A DNA stretch of 64,000 bases from an uncultured Alistipes sp. (GCA_944326035.1 CALVCS010000012.1:5534-69533), one strand, 5' to 3'. Positions 1 through 9,336 are shown, counted from the stretch's first letter. Translations and numbers: made by a program. The notes: generated from the letters alone by a model not told the origin.

Positions 1-999
1 GCGACCCTTCCCCGTATCGTATGGGGCCACACCCCCGCCGCCGCCAAACCGGCGGAGACCGCCTTTCCCGACCTGAAGTTCAGAGAAGACGGCACATTCA
101 AAATCCTCCAGTTGACCGACACCCACTATGTGGCGGGCGATCCCCGCTCTCGCCGAGCTCTATTGAATGTGGAGGAGATGCTCGATCTCGAAAAGCCCGA
201 TCTGGTAATCCATACCGGCGACATCATTTACGGAAAACCGGCCGAAGAGTCACTACGGGAGATCTTGACCCCGATCTCGACCCGTCGGATTCCCTTTGCC
301 GTCACGTTCGGCAATCACGATGAGGAGTTCGGCAAAAATCGACGGGAAGTCTTCGACATCGTCCGGAGTCTGCCCTATAACCTCAACAGGGAAGTGCCCG
401 GGATTCATGGGGTATCGAACGGGGTGATCACCCTTTCGTCGTCCCAAAGCGACAAAAAGCAGTGGATTCTCTACCTGTTCGATTCGTTGCGCCACTCGCC
501 GCTGCCGGATATAAAAGGATACGACTACATCCATTTCGATCAGATCGCCTGGTACCGCCAGCAAAGCGAAGCTTTCACCCAACAAAACGGCGGAACGCCC
601 ATCCCCTCCTTGGCCTTTTTCCACATCCCGTTTCCGGAATATATCTACGCCCTGCGTCTGGATCGCCGACGCGTGTTACGGGGAAATTTCGGCGAAGAAC
701 CCGCCTCTCCGAACGTCAATTCGGGCCTGTTTGTCTCCATGAAGGAGATGGGGGATATCCGGGCGGTTCTCTGCGGCCACGACCACGACAACGACTATGC
801 CATGCAATGGAACGGTATGTTCCTGATGTTCGGCCGTTTCAGCGGCTGCGACACGGTGTACAACGACCTGAAACCCAGTGGAGCCCGCATCATTGAACTG
901 ACCGAAGGCGAATCCGGATTCCGCTCCTGGATTCGGGTATATGGCGAAGGGATCACGCAAAATCTGTGCTATCCCAAAGATTTTGAAACCGTTCTATAA
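1..999 (+). CDS. Calcineurin-like metallophosphoesterase (5' end outside window)
   Basis: Frame 1 is open from base 1 (ATLPRIVWGH...FKILQLTDTHY), so the listed TTG start at 112 is internal. Metallophosphatase motifs DTH, GDIIYG, GNHD and GHDH are present. Stop at 997-999. Confidence 0.85.
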   Translation, partial: ATLPRIVWGHTPAAAKPAETAFPDLKFREDGTFKILQLTDTHYVAGDPRSRRALLNVEEMLDLEKPDLVIHTGDIIYGKPAEESLREILTPISTRRIPFAVTFGNHDEEFGKNRREVFDIVRSLPYNLNREVPGIHGVSNGVITLSSSQSDKKQWILYLFDSLRHSPLPDIKGYDYIHFDQIAWYRQQSEAFTQQNGGTPIPSLAFFHIPFPEYIYALRLDRRRVLRGNFGEEPASPNVNSGLFVSMKEMGDIRAVLCGHDHDNDYAMQWNGMFLMFGRFSGCDTVYNDLKPSGARIIELTEGESGFRSWIRVYGEGITQNLCYPKDFETVL

Positions 1000-1063
1000 A
1001 CCGATCATAACCGGGAAGAGCCGCTCCCGGGCTTCCGAAGATCGGCTCTTCGACTGAGGTATA

Positions 1064-1108
1064 AAGAGGCAGCCGGGAAACGAAGATTTCGTTTCCCGGC
1101 TGCCTCTT
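1064..1108. terminator. Bidirectional hairpin between convergent phosphoesterase and metY genes
   Basis: Perfect 21-bp inverted repeat aagaggcagccgggaaacgaa / ttcgtttcccggctgcctctt with a 3-nt loop. Confidence 0.65.
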
Positions 1109-1121
1109 AGAAGGGTATGGC

Positions 1122-2414
1122 TTAACGACGGGTGGCCGCCAGAGCCTGCTCGATATCGAGCAGAATGTCGTCGACATCCTCGATCCCCACCGACAAGCGG
1201 ATCAGATCCGGAGCGACGCCGGCTTCGATCAGCTGTTCGTCGCTCAATTGGCGATGGGTGTGGCTGGCCGGATGCAACACACAGGTCCGGGCGTCGGCTA
1301 CGTGGGTGACAATGGCCACCAGACGGAGATTATCCATGAAACGAACCGAGAAATCGCGTCCCCCCTTGAGTCCAAAGGTCAGTACGCCACAGGTCCCGTT
1401 GGGCATGTATTTCTGGGCCAAGGCATGATACGGATCGCCTTCGAGCCCCGGATAGTGTACCCACGCCACTTCCGGTCGCGATTGGAGATAACGGGCCACC
1501 GTCAGTGCATTGGAGCAATGACGCGGCATCCGCAAATGCAACGTTTCCAAACCGAGATTCAACAAAAAGGCGTTGTGCGGAGAGGGAATGGCCCCCAGAT
1601 CGCGCATCAGCTGGACCGTCGCTTTGGTGATATAGGCATTTTTCCCGAACGACTGGGTATAGACCAGCCCATGGTAGGATTCATCCGGTTGGGTCAAGCC
1701 GGGGAATTTGTCGGCATAGGCTTCCCAATCGAAATTCCCGCTGTCTACGATAGCTCCCCCGACACTCGTGGCATGGCCATCCATATACTTGGTGGTCGAG
1801 TGAGTGATGATATCGCCCCCCCATTCGAACGGCCGACAGTTGATCGGGGTCGGGAAGGTGTTATCCACAATCAGAGGCACCCCCTGAGCATGCGCCAGGC
1901 GGGCAAATCGCTCGATATCGAGCACATTCATGGCCGGATTGGAGATCGATTCGGCAAACAAGGCTTTGGTATTGGGCCGAAAAGCACGGGCGATCTCTTC
2001 GTCCGAAGCGGATTGATCGATAAACGTGGTTTCGATCCCCAATTTCTTGAGGGTGACAGCGAACAAATTGTAGGTCCCTCCGTAAATCGCCGACGCACTG
2101 ACAATGTGGTCACCGGCGGAGCAGAGGTTAAACACCGCATAGAACGTCGCGGCCTGCCCCGAAGAGGTCAGCATGGCACTGACGCCGCCTTCCAGTTGGG
2201 CAATCTTGGCGGCTACGGCGTCGTTGGTGGGATTTTGCAGACGGGTGTAGAAATAGCCGCTCTCTTCCAGATCGAACAGTCTACCCATCTGTTCGCTGGT
2301 TTCGTATTTAAAAGTGGTGCTCTGGTAGATGGGCAACACGCGAGGTTCGCCGTTCTTGGGGGTCCAGCCGGCCTGTACGCAGACCGTGCCGAGTTTCGGT
2401 TTGTGTGTTTCCAT
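1122..2414 (-). CDS. metY: O-acetylhomoserine/O-acetylserine sulfhydrylase (Cys/Met-metabolism PLP enzyme)
   Basis: 430-aa ORF with ATG start. Contains PIYQSTTFKY near the N-terminus and the PLP-lysine context HSTTKYMDGH. Length and motifs fit the OAH sulfhydrylase family. Confidence 0.85.
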   Translation of the reverse strand: METHKPKLGTVCVQAGWTPKNGEPRVLPIYQSTTFKYETSEQMGRLFDLEESGYFYTRLQNPTNDAVAAKIAQLEGGVSAMLTSSGQAATFYAVFNLCSAGDHIVSASAIYGGTYNLFAVTLKKLGIETTFIDQSASDEEIARAFRPNTKALFAESISNPAMNVLDIERFARLAHAQGVPLIVDNTFPTPINCRPFEWGGDIITHSTTKYMDGHATSVGGAIVDSGNFDWEAYADKFPGLTQPDESYHGLVYTQSFGKNAYITKATVQLMRDLGAIPSPHNAFLLNLGLETLHLRMPRHCSNALTVARYLQSRPEVAWVHYPGLEGDPYHALAQKYMPNGTCGVLTFGLKGGRDFSVRFMDNLRLVAIVTHVADARTCVLHPASHTHRQLSDEQLIEAGVAPDLIRLSVGIEDVDDILLDIEQALAATRR

Positions 2415-2536
2415 GGCGTTATAGCAATTAAAAAATCAAAACAAGCATGCTAATTAGGGGGCGCTCCGTACATCCCCAAACTGGGTCGCCGGATCGATCC
2501 CGATCTTCCCGACATCCGATCTGGCAAGTCCCTCCC

Positions 2537-2608
2537 CTTCATGAGGATCGGTTCCGCCGTGAGAATCGATCCCTTCACGAGGATCGATCCTGCCGTGAAG
2601 GATCGACC
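2537..2608. repeat. Degenerate 36-bp tandem duplication, GATC-dense, in the metY upstream region
   Basis: cttcatgaggatcggttccgccgtgagaatcgatcc / cttcacgaggatcgatcctgccgtgaaggatcgacc. On the minus strand, CCUUCACG...CGUGAAGG can pair around a GGAUCGAUCC palindrome. Confidence 0.6.
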
Positions 2609-3226
2609 ATCGCATCGGCGATTTTTACTCTGCCCAACCCTCCCTGCTGGAGGATGCTTCAGCGTCCGAAGCCGCCCGAAGAGGCCATCCACTCCCCATC
2701 CACGCGATGCCGTGGCTTCCGATCGGAACGGAGTTCTCCGTTCCTAGCGTCTCGATGTATCCTCATCGCAGGGGGAATAGGAGGTCTTTCCGAGGAATCG
2801 GATCGTCTACCGCCCGCAGGTCGGCTCCATCCGATCTCTTTGGGACAAAAGTAATGATATATTTGAGAACCCCATCGAACAAGTCGCGTTTGCTATGATG
2901 CCTAACGAATCAAGAGCCGTGACAGATGGGCGGGAAGGGAGCCTTTGAAAACATGTCGTTGCGGCCCCGCGAAACGGCCGTATGGCACGCGGAGTAAGAT
3001 CGTCCCGCTCTTCGACAGCCCATAGGGACACACCTCCTCAGACTTCCTCTGAAAAGGCAGCGATACATCATTTCGTCTCTTTTTTACGGAGAAAGATTCT
3101 TTTTTATCGAGAATATCCTTAACTTTATTAAAGTACGGTCGATCAGCCTCCCAACGAGGCATATATTATGCGGAAGGAACCGACGATTTCTCACTCACTT
3201 ATTCTCTTCTTTAACCGTTGTAGCGT

Positions 3227-4357
3227 ATGAAAAAATATGGATGGACCTATGGAGCCCTGTTGCTGGGCTTATTGGCTTGTGAATCTCCGAAAGGCTATGT
3301 GATTCAGGGAGAAATATCCGGATTGTCGGATAGCACCAAAATAGTTCTTTATCTGACAGATGAAGATAGGTACATCGATAGTACATGGACGGACGGCGAC
3401 CGGTTCCAGCTGAAGGGGTTCTTTGAGGAAGTACCTCAAACCCTCTGGCTCGAGGTCAAAATAGACGGGAAAGACACCCATAGATGGTATCAGTCGATGG
3501 TTTTGGGGAACGATCATGTCACGATCACCGGAGATACGTCGGATTTTCCCAGTCGATTACAGGTATCTGGCTCGAAATATCAGGATCAATTCCGGGAGTT
3601 TATGGCCCCCCGATTAGCCTGCACCGCCCGCGATTCGTTATTGGTCCTGATCTTGAAATGGATGGATGATCCGCAACATCAGGCCGAAACCAAAGAGATG
3701 ATCAAACAGTTGTCGGCCATCGATCGGAGATTGGACTCCCTGGAAGAGAATTATCTGTTTACCCATACGGATACCTATCCCAGTTTGAGATACTTAAATA
3801 CGAAAATGTATGCCTACCCCAAGGACACGGTGAAGATGTTGCTCGATCGGATGTCGCCCGAGTTACAGGCCAACCGACATGCCAAGCCCATCCGAACCTA
3901 TATCGAGACGGAAAGTGTTTCGATAGGGGACCCCTTCCTGGATTTCGAGGCGGAAGACCAGCAGGGGAATCGGGTACGGCTGTCGGATTTCGTGGGCAAA
4001 GACGGCAAATATGTGCTGTTGGATTTCACCGCGTCGGGGTGCGGCCCCTGTATTCAGGCCAACAAAGAGTTACGCCAGATGGTCAAGACCTACAGCGATT
4101 CGTTGCAAATCATCAGCTTCTCGACCGATAGTCGTAAAGAATTGTGGCTAAATTCATTGAAACGGGACAGCGTTAGCTGGCCCAGCCTTTGGAGTGCCGA
4201 GGATGTCGAAACCGGCTGTATTTCGGTTCCGTATGAGATTCGGAGTACCCCCCGTTTCTTCGTGATCGATCCCCAAGGAAAAGTCATTCAAAAACTCAGA
4301 GGGTACGGGAAGGGGTCTTTCGATGAGCAACTCGGCCGACTGAAAAATAAGGAATAA
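3227..4357 (+). CDS. TlpA-like thiol:disulfide oxidoreductase lipoprotein (N-terminal DUF4369-like domain + thioredoxin fold), copy 1
   Basis: Lipoprotein signal peptide LLGLLAC. C-terminal thioredoxin fold with redox motif ASGCGPC. Tandem paralog of 4424-5557. Confidence 0.85.
   Translation: MKKYGWTYGALLLGLLACESPKGYVIQGEISGLSDSTKIVLYLTDEDRYIDSTWTDGDRFQLKGFFEEVPQTLWLEVKIDGKDTHRWYQSMVLGNDHVTITGDTSDFPSRLQVSGSKYQDQFREFMAPRLACTARDSLLVLILKWMDDPQHQAETKEMIKQLSAIDRRLDSLEENYLFTHTDTYPSLRYLNTKMYAYPKDTVKMLLDRMSPELQANRHAKPIRTYIETESVSIGDPFLDFEAEDQQGNRVRLSDFVGKDGKYVLLDFTASGCGPCIQANKELRQMVKTYSDSLQIISFSTDSRKELWLNSLKRDSVSWPSLWSAEDVETGCISVPYEIRSTPRFFVIDPQGKVIQKLRGYGKGSFDEQLGRLKNKE
3890..4050 (+). repeat. Near-identical tract shared with 5090-5250 (within TlpA-like copy 1)
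   Basis: 161 nt with 2 mismatches (3930 a/c, 3961 g/a) at an exact 1200-nt offset. Flanking coding sequence of the two paralogs is clearly more diverged. Confidence 0.9.
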
Positions 4358-4423
4358 CCCGCCGGCCGATCGACACCTCCCGAATATACAACCTGCATAT
4401 TCACCTAACTTTATTTTGCAACG

Positions 4424-5557
4424 ATGAAAACAAAAGTATGGATGGGGAGCCTATTGGCTCTGGGACTGCTCGCTTGCGGCGGGCCCAAAGGATTTGTTAT
4501 TCAAGGAGAAGTGACCGGTCTGCCGGACAGCACCCAGCTATTTTTGATCAATATCGAAAACGGAACCCTAATGGATAGTGCATGGGTGATGGGCGACTGT
4601 TTCCAACTGGAAGGCTTTTTCGAGGCAGAGCCCCAGAGTGTACGCATGGATGCCCGGGTGAACGGAAAGGAAATTAGGGAATGGTATCAATCGATGGTCA
4701 TTGGCAATGAATCGATTACAATCAAGGGAGATACTTCGGATTTCCCGACTCATTTGACGGTATCAGGTTCGAAATATCAAGATCAATGGACGGAGTTTAT
4801 GTCATACCGTCTGGCCTCTTTACGAGAACGCGACTCATTGTTAGTCCGCATCCTGAAACTGGGCGATGATCCGCAACAGGAGACGGAAGTGAAAGCCCTG
4901 ATGCAACAGATGTCCGCGATCGATCGGAAGGCCGATTCTTTAGAAGAGAATTATTTGTTTACTCATCCGAATACCTATCCAGGCCTGCGATGTTTAAGCG
5001 CGAGAATGTACACTTATTCCAAAGATACCGTACGAATGTTGTTCGATCAGATGTCGCCCGACTTGCAGAACCGCAAATACGGTAAACCAATCCGAACCTA
5101 TATCGAGACGGAAAGTGTTTCGATAGGGGCCCCCTTCCTGGATTTCGAGGCGGAAGACCAACAGGGGAATCGGGTACGGCTGTCGGATTTCGTGGGCAAA
5201 GACGGCAAATATGTGCTGTTGGATTTCACCGCGTCGGGGTGCGGCCCCTGCATTCAGACCAACCAGGCGATGCGTCAGATGGTCAACACTTACAGCGATT
5301 CGTTGCAGATCGTCAGCTTTTCGCAGGATCGCAGCCGGGAGACTTGGCTGAACTCCGTGCAACGAGACAGTATCGGTTGGCCCTTTCTTTGGAGTGCAGA
5401 GGAGGTAGATCGAGGGGTCGTTTCGGTGCCCTATCAGGTAAGGGGTACTCCGACCTTTTTCGTGATCGATCCTCAAGGGAAAATCGTTCAAAAATGGAGC
5501 GGATACGGGAAAGATATTTTCGACAAAAAGATCGGTCGGCTGAAAAATAAGCCATAA
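4424..5557 (+). CDS. TlpA-like thiol:disulfide oxidoreductase lipoprotein, copy 2
   Basis: Signal peptide LGLLAC, motif ASGCGPC, and the same domain order and length (377 aa) as copy 1. Confidence 0.85.
   Translation: MKTKVWMGSLLALGLLACGGPKGFVIQGEVTGLPDSTQLFLINIENGTLMDSAWVMGDCFQLEGFFEAEPQSVRMDARVNGKEIREWYQSMVIGNESITIKGDTSDFPTHLTVSGSKYQDQWTEFMSYRLASLRERDSLLVRILKLGDDPQQETEVKALMQQMSAIDRKADSLEENYLFTHPNTYPGLRCLSARMYTYSKDTVRMLFDQMSPDLQNRKYGKPIRTYIETESVSIGAPFLDFEAEDQQGNRVRLSDFVGKDGKYVLLDFTASGCGPCIQTNQAMRQMVNTYSDSLQIVSFSQDRSRETWLNSVQRDSIGWPFLWSAEEVDRGVVSVPYQVRGTPTFFVIDPQGKIVQKWSGYGKDIFDKKIGRLKNKP
5090..5250 (+). repeat. Near-identical tract shared with 3890-4050 (within TlpA-like copy 2)
   Basis: See the partner entry. 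The tract ends at the CGPC codons. Confidence 0.9.
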
Positions 5558-5765
5558 GCCTTCCTCTCCCCGAAAGAGGACTCCCTGGAAGAGGAGAAAG
5601 ATAGATGCGGTTTCCGTCGGCAGTAGAACGGTAAACCCTTCTTTTCGGCATCTGAAAAATAGGTCTTTTTGTAGAAAAAAGCAGAAAAAGGTTCTATTTC
5701 AGGAAAACTCCCTACCTTTATCGGCAAGAAAGAAAAAGTCGTTCTTTCGAGACAATCAAAAGATC

Positions 5766-6665
5766 ATGGAAAAGAAAAAAATCAAAGGATTGATCGCTCC
5801 GACCGTGACCCCGATGGATCGTCACGGAGAGCTCAACTTGTCGGTGATCGACGCCTATGCCAACTTCCTCATCCAACGAGGGGTTCAAGGGGTATTTCTG
5901 TGCGGCACGACGGGCGAAAGTCTCTTGCTGGACAACGAGGAACGGAAAAAAGAGGCAGAAGCCTGGATGCCGTATGCCGACCGGTTGAAAATTTTGATTC
6001 ATGTGGGAAGTACCAGCTACAAGATGGCGGCCGAGTTGGCCGAACATGCCCAGCGAATCGGTGCCCATGCCATCTCGGCCATGGGGCCTTGTTTTCTGCA
6101 GCCCAAACGTGCCGAAGAACTGGTGGCCTTCAATAAACGGATTGCCGAAAAGGCCCCGGAAACACCCTACTACTATTATCATATTCCCGGCACCTCGGGG
6201 GTGTGTGTCAATATGCTCGATTTTTTGACCCTGGGCGATCGGGAGATCCCTACCCTGACAGGGATCAAATATACGTCCTACAATTCGATGGAGATGCAGG
6301 AGTGCATCGAGTTCAAGAACCGGAGCTACGATATCCTGCACGGACATGACGAGACGCTGCTGACCGGTTTGGTACTGGGAGCGACCGGAGGCATCGGGAC
6401 CTCATATAATCTGTCATCGCCGCTCTATAATCGCCTGATTGAGGCCTTCGAACAGGGCGATCTGAATCGGGCGGTCGCCCTGCAGTCCGAAGCCGTACGA
6501 TTCATCGAGCTGATGATCAAATACGTCAACTCGGTCGTCAGCATCAAAGCCATGCTCAACATCATGGGGATCGATTGCGGCCCGGTTCGTCTGCCGTTAC
6601 AGAGCCTTACGTCCGCCGAGATGAAAACCTTGGAAACAGAGCTGAAACAGTTCGACTGGTTGTAA
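5766..6665 (+). CDS. DHDPS/NanA-family class I aldolase, probably N-acetylneuraminate lyase
   Basis: 299 aa. Contains the CGTTGES motif and a Schiff-base lysine context GIKYTS resembling NanA (GVKFT) more than DapA. The family call is solid; substrate is inferred. Confidence 0.75.
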   Translation: MEKKKIKGLIAPTVTPMDRHGELNLSVIDAYANFLIQRGVQGVFLCGTTGESLLLDNEERKKEAEAWMPYADRLKILIHVGSTSYKMAAELAEHAQRIGAHAISAMGPCFLQPKRAEELVAFNKRIAEKAPETPYYYYHIPGTSGVCVNMLDFLTLGDREIPTLTGIKYTSYNSMEMQECIEFKNRSYDILHGHDETLLTGLVLGATGGIGTSYNLSSPLYNRLIEAFEQGDLNRAVALQSEAVRFIELMIKYVNSVVSIKAMLNIMGIDCGPVRLPLQSLTSAEMKTLETELKQFDWL

Positions 6666-6690
6666 GCTCTCCGCCCAACGCCATTTATCA

Positions 6691-6722
6691 TCCCGTCTTC
6701 GAGCCCGGAGACGGGATTTTTC
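6691..6722. terminator. Hairpin terminator between convergent lyase and tex genes
   Basis: tcccgtct-(10 nt)-agacggga followed by tttttcg on the + strand. Confidence 0.6.
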
Positions 6723-6773
6723 GTTCGGCATTGGGGAAAGCGACACCAGGAACCACTCCCGTTGGCCCCCGGG

Positions 6774-8909
6774 TCAGGAGATATCCCGCAATGAGAGGGC
6801 AATCCGCCCCCGCACCCGATCGATCGAAAGCACCTTGACGCGGACCTGCTGTTGTAAATGGACCACATCGGCCGGATCGGCCACATATCGGTCGGCCAGC
6901 TGGGAGATATGTATCAAGCCATCCTGTTTGACGCCCACATCGACAAAGACCCCGAAGGCCGTCAGATTGGTCACAATGCCGGGCAGGATCATCCCCTCCC
7001 GCAGGTCGTCCAGCGTATGGACATCCGCAAACGAAAAAGCCTGAATCCGACTGCGCGGATCGCGGCCCGGTTTCGCCAACTCGGCCAAAATATCGGTCAA
7101 CGTCGGCAGACCCACCTGGGGCGTCACGTAACGGCGAATATCGATCCGACGCCGGATCGCTTCCTGGGCCAACAGCGTCTGCAAAGAAACGCCCAAATCC
7201 CGGGCCATCCGTTCGACCACCCCATACGATTCGGGATGCACCGCGCTGTTGTCCAAAGGATTTTCCGCATGGGGAATCCGGAGAAATCCGGCACACTGTT
7301 CGAACGCCTTGGCCCCCAGTCGAGGTACCTCGAGCAACTGTTTTCGGGAGGTAAAAGCGCCGTGTGCCGCCCGATAATCGACGATATTCTGGGCCAGCAC
7401 AGGCCCCAACCCCGACACATACATCAAGAGATGTTTCGAGGCGGTATTCAGATTGACCCCCACTTTGTTGACGCAGCTTTCGACCACATCGTCCAACGCA
7501 TGTTTGAGCTTGGCCTGATCCACATCGTGCTGATATTGCCCCACGCCGATCGATTTGGGATCAATCTTGACCAGTTCAGCCAACGGATCGATCAGGCGTC
7601 GTCCGATCGAAACCGCCCCCCGCACCGTCACGTCATAGTCCGGAAACTCCTCCCGGGCCACCGCCGAGGCCGAATAGACCGATGCGCCGTCCTCACTCAC
7701 CGAAAAGAGCTCAACCCCGGCAGGAAGCTCCATGCTGCGGAGCAGTTGTTCGGTTTCGCGTCCGGCGGTTCCATTGCCCACCGCCACCGCCTCGATCGCA
7801 TAGTCTTGCAGCAGTTTCGACAGGGTGGCTACCGCTTCGGCCCATCGATGTTGAGGGGGATAGGGATAAATGGTCTCGTTATGTAGTAAATTTCCTTGCC
7901 CGTCCAGGCACACCACTTTACAGCCCGTACGAAAGCCGGGATCGATGGCCAACACCCGTTTACTGCCCAGAGGCGACGATAAAAGCAGTTGTCGCAGATT
8001 TTCGGCAAACACTCGGATCGACGTTTCATCGGCTCGTTCTTTAGCGGCGGCCAGCGATTCACTCTCGATGGAGGGACCCAACAACCGTTTGTAAGCATCC
8101 CGAACCGCGCTTTCGACCCTCGAACGGGCCGGAGAGGCACCCCGTACAAAAATCCGATTCAGCTGTTCCAGCGCACGGGTTTCGTCCGGCGCCACCGACA
8201 ACCGCAAGAACCCCTCCCGTTCGCCCCGTACCATGGCCAACAACCGATGGGCGGGCAGTTTGCTCAGCGGTTCGACTTTATCGAAATAGTCGGCATATTT
8301 TGCCCCTTCGGACTCTTTGCCTTTGACCACCCGCGCCGTCAGAATCCCCTCCCGGGCATACAGACGACGCAGGGTCTGCCGACTGCGTTCATTTTCACTG
8401 ATCCATTCGGCCATGATGTCGCCGGCCCCCGCCAACGCTTCCTGCCGATCCGCTACCTCTCCTTGTACGAAAGGAGCCGCCAGCTGTTGAGGATCGGCTC
8501 CGTCCTGCCGCATCAGGCGTGCGGCCAACGGTTCCAACCCCTTTTCCCGAGCTACCGTGGCCCGGGTACGGCGTTTGGGTTTATACGGCAGATAAAGATC
8601 TTCGAGGATTTGGCTCTCATAACAGGCCTCGATCCGCTCCCGCAACTCGGGCGACAATTTCCCCTGCTCCTCGATAGAGGCGAGAATCGTCTGTTTGCGT
8701 TTTTCCAACGTCCGGAGACGCTCCAACTGGTCGCGAATCGAAGCGATCTGCACCTCATCCAACCCACCGGTCGCCTCCTTCCGGTAACGACTGATGAACG
8801 GAACGGTCGCCCCCTCGTCCAACAGACGCACGGTTCCGGACACCTGGAACAACGGGATTTGACACTGGGCGGCAAGGACCGACAGCATCGAAGCATCGTT
8901 TTGTGACAT
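6774..8909 (-). CDS. tex: Tex-like transcription accessory protein (YqgF/HhH/S1 domains)
   Basis: The conserved N-terminus starts at MSQNDASMLSVLAAQCQIPLFQV...FISRYRKE. C-terminal S1 domain: GMILPGIVTNLTAFGVFVDVGVKQDGLIHISQL. Start trimmed from 9059 to the ATG at 8909 because a TATCTTTG promoter box lies at 8930-8937, inside the long extension. Confidence 0.9.
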   Translation of the reverse strand: MSQNDASMLSVLAAQCQIPLFQVSGTVRLLDEGATVPFISRYRKEATGGLDEVQIASIRDQLERLRTLEKRKQTILASIEEQGKLSPELRERIEACYESQILEDLYLPYKPKRRTRATVAREKGLEPLAARLMRQDGADPQQLAAPFVQGEVADRQEALAGAGDIMAEWISENERSRQTLRRLYAREGILTARVVKGKESEGAKYADYFDKVEPLSKLPAHRLLAMVRGEREGFLRLSVAPDETRALEQLNRIFVRGASPARSRVESAVRDAYKRLLGPSIESESLAAAKERADETSIRVFAENLRQLLLSSPLGSKRVLAIDPGFRTGCKVVCLDGQGNLLHNETIYPYPPQHRWAEAVATLSKLLQDYAIEAVAVGNGTAGRETEQLLRSMELPAGVELFSVSEDGASVYSASAVAREEFPDYDVTVRGAVSIGRRLIDPLAELVKIDPKSIGVGQYQHDVDQAKLKHALDDVVESCVNKVGVNLNTASKHLLMYVSGLGPVLAQNIVDYRAAHGAFTSRKQLLEVPRLGAKAFEQCAGFLRIPHAENPLDNSAVHPESYGVVERMARDLGVSLQTLLAQEAIRRRIDIRRYVTPQVGLPTLTDILAELAKPGRDPRSRIQAFSFADVHTLDDLREGMILPGIVTNLTAFGVFVDVGVKQDGLIHISQLADRYVADPADVVHLQQQVRVKVLSIDRVRGRIALSLRDIS

Positions 8910-8929
8910 ACCTTTCAGTTTTGCTCCCA

Positions 8930-8937
8930 CAAAGATA
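8930..8937 (-). promoter_or_regulatory. -7 promoter element (TATCTTTG) for tex
   Basis: Exact TAnnTTTG, 20 nt upstream of the ATG at 8909. Confidence 0.5.
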
Positions 8938-9015
8938 ACGCAAATCGGCCCGATTCGCTCCGGCAACCGCAGCTCCCTCCCTCCCGGATAGGCCGACTTA
9001 GGCCGGGGAAGCACA

Positions 9016-9056
9016 AGATCGGCGAACACGGGCTTCGATCCTGTGTTCGCCGATCT
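9016..9056 (-). terminator. Strong hairpin downstream of the small lipoprotein ORF
   Basis: Perfect 14-bp stem agatcggcgaacac/gtgttcgccgatct with a 13-nt loop. No clear U tract on the minus strand. Confidence 0.4.
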
Positions 9057-9105
9057 CATCGTCTTACCGCCCTTTTTCTTCCGTGGAATGGCGGTTTGTC
9101 AGCCT

Positions 9106-9336
9106 CTATCTACGAGGCCCGGGGCCCGGTTCAGGCGCATGCCCCGGCGCGTGTGGAGGGGGCGGGGGAGGTGGGGTAGGAAGCGTATGGCCCCGGCCCT
9201 TCTTCTTTTTCTTCATGTGTCCGGGAGGCATGGTTTTCGGGGGCTTATGGGCATGTTGCACCCGGACGGCACACCCGCTCTGTCCACATAACAGCGCCCC
9301 TGCCATCAAGAGCATCATTATATGCCTGCATTTCAT
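9106..9336 (-). CDS. Hypothetical small Pro/His/Lys-rich lipoprotein
   Basis: 76-aa ORF with ATG start and a signal-peptide-like N-terminus (MKCRHIMMLLMAGALLCGQSGC). The remainder is low complexity (KKKKKGRGH, PPPPPPPHAPGHAPEPGPGP). Only ORF in this gap. Strong hairpin downstream at 9016-9056. Confidence 0.35.
   Translation of the reverse strand: MKCRHIMMLLMAGALLCGQSGCAVRVQHAHKPPKTMPPGHMKKKKKGRGHTLPTPPPPPPPHAPGHAPEPGPGPRR

Noticed and set aside
2440-2560. SAM riboswitch call upstream of metY
   Set aside because: A few blocks resemble SAM-I or SAM-IV (GAGGGA, GGCGACC, CUAAUUAGC). However, I cannot build a convincing P1 or the K-turn and pseudoknot by hand. It is kept only as a hypothesis inside a finding, not as a feature.
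2447-2854. 135-aa + strand ORF and 80-aa minus-strand ORF in the metY/TlpA intergenic region
   Set aside because: Arg/Ser/Pro-rich low-complexity translations with no start context or promoter box. The region is better described as repeat- and hairpin-rich non-coding DNA.
9150-9180. G-quadruplex-forming tract on the + strand
   Set aside because: Only three G runs have 4 or more Gs, plus GG doublets. The tract is simply the complement of a poly-proline coding stretch or low-complexity spacer, with no independent support.
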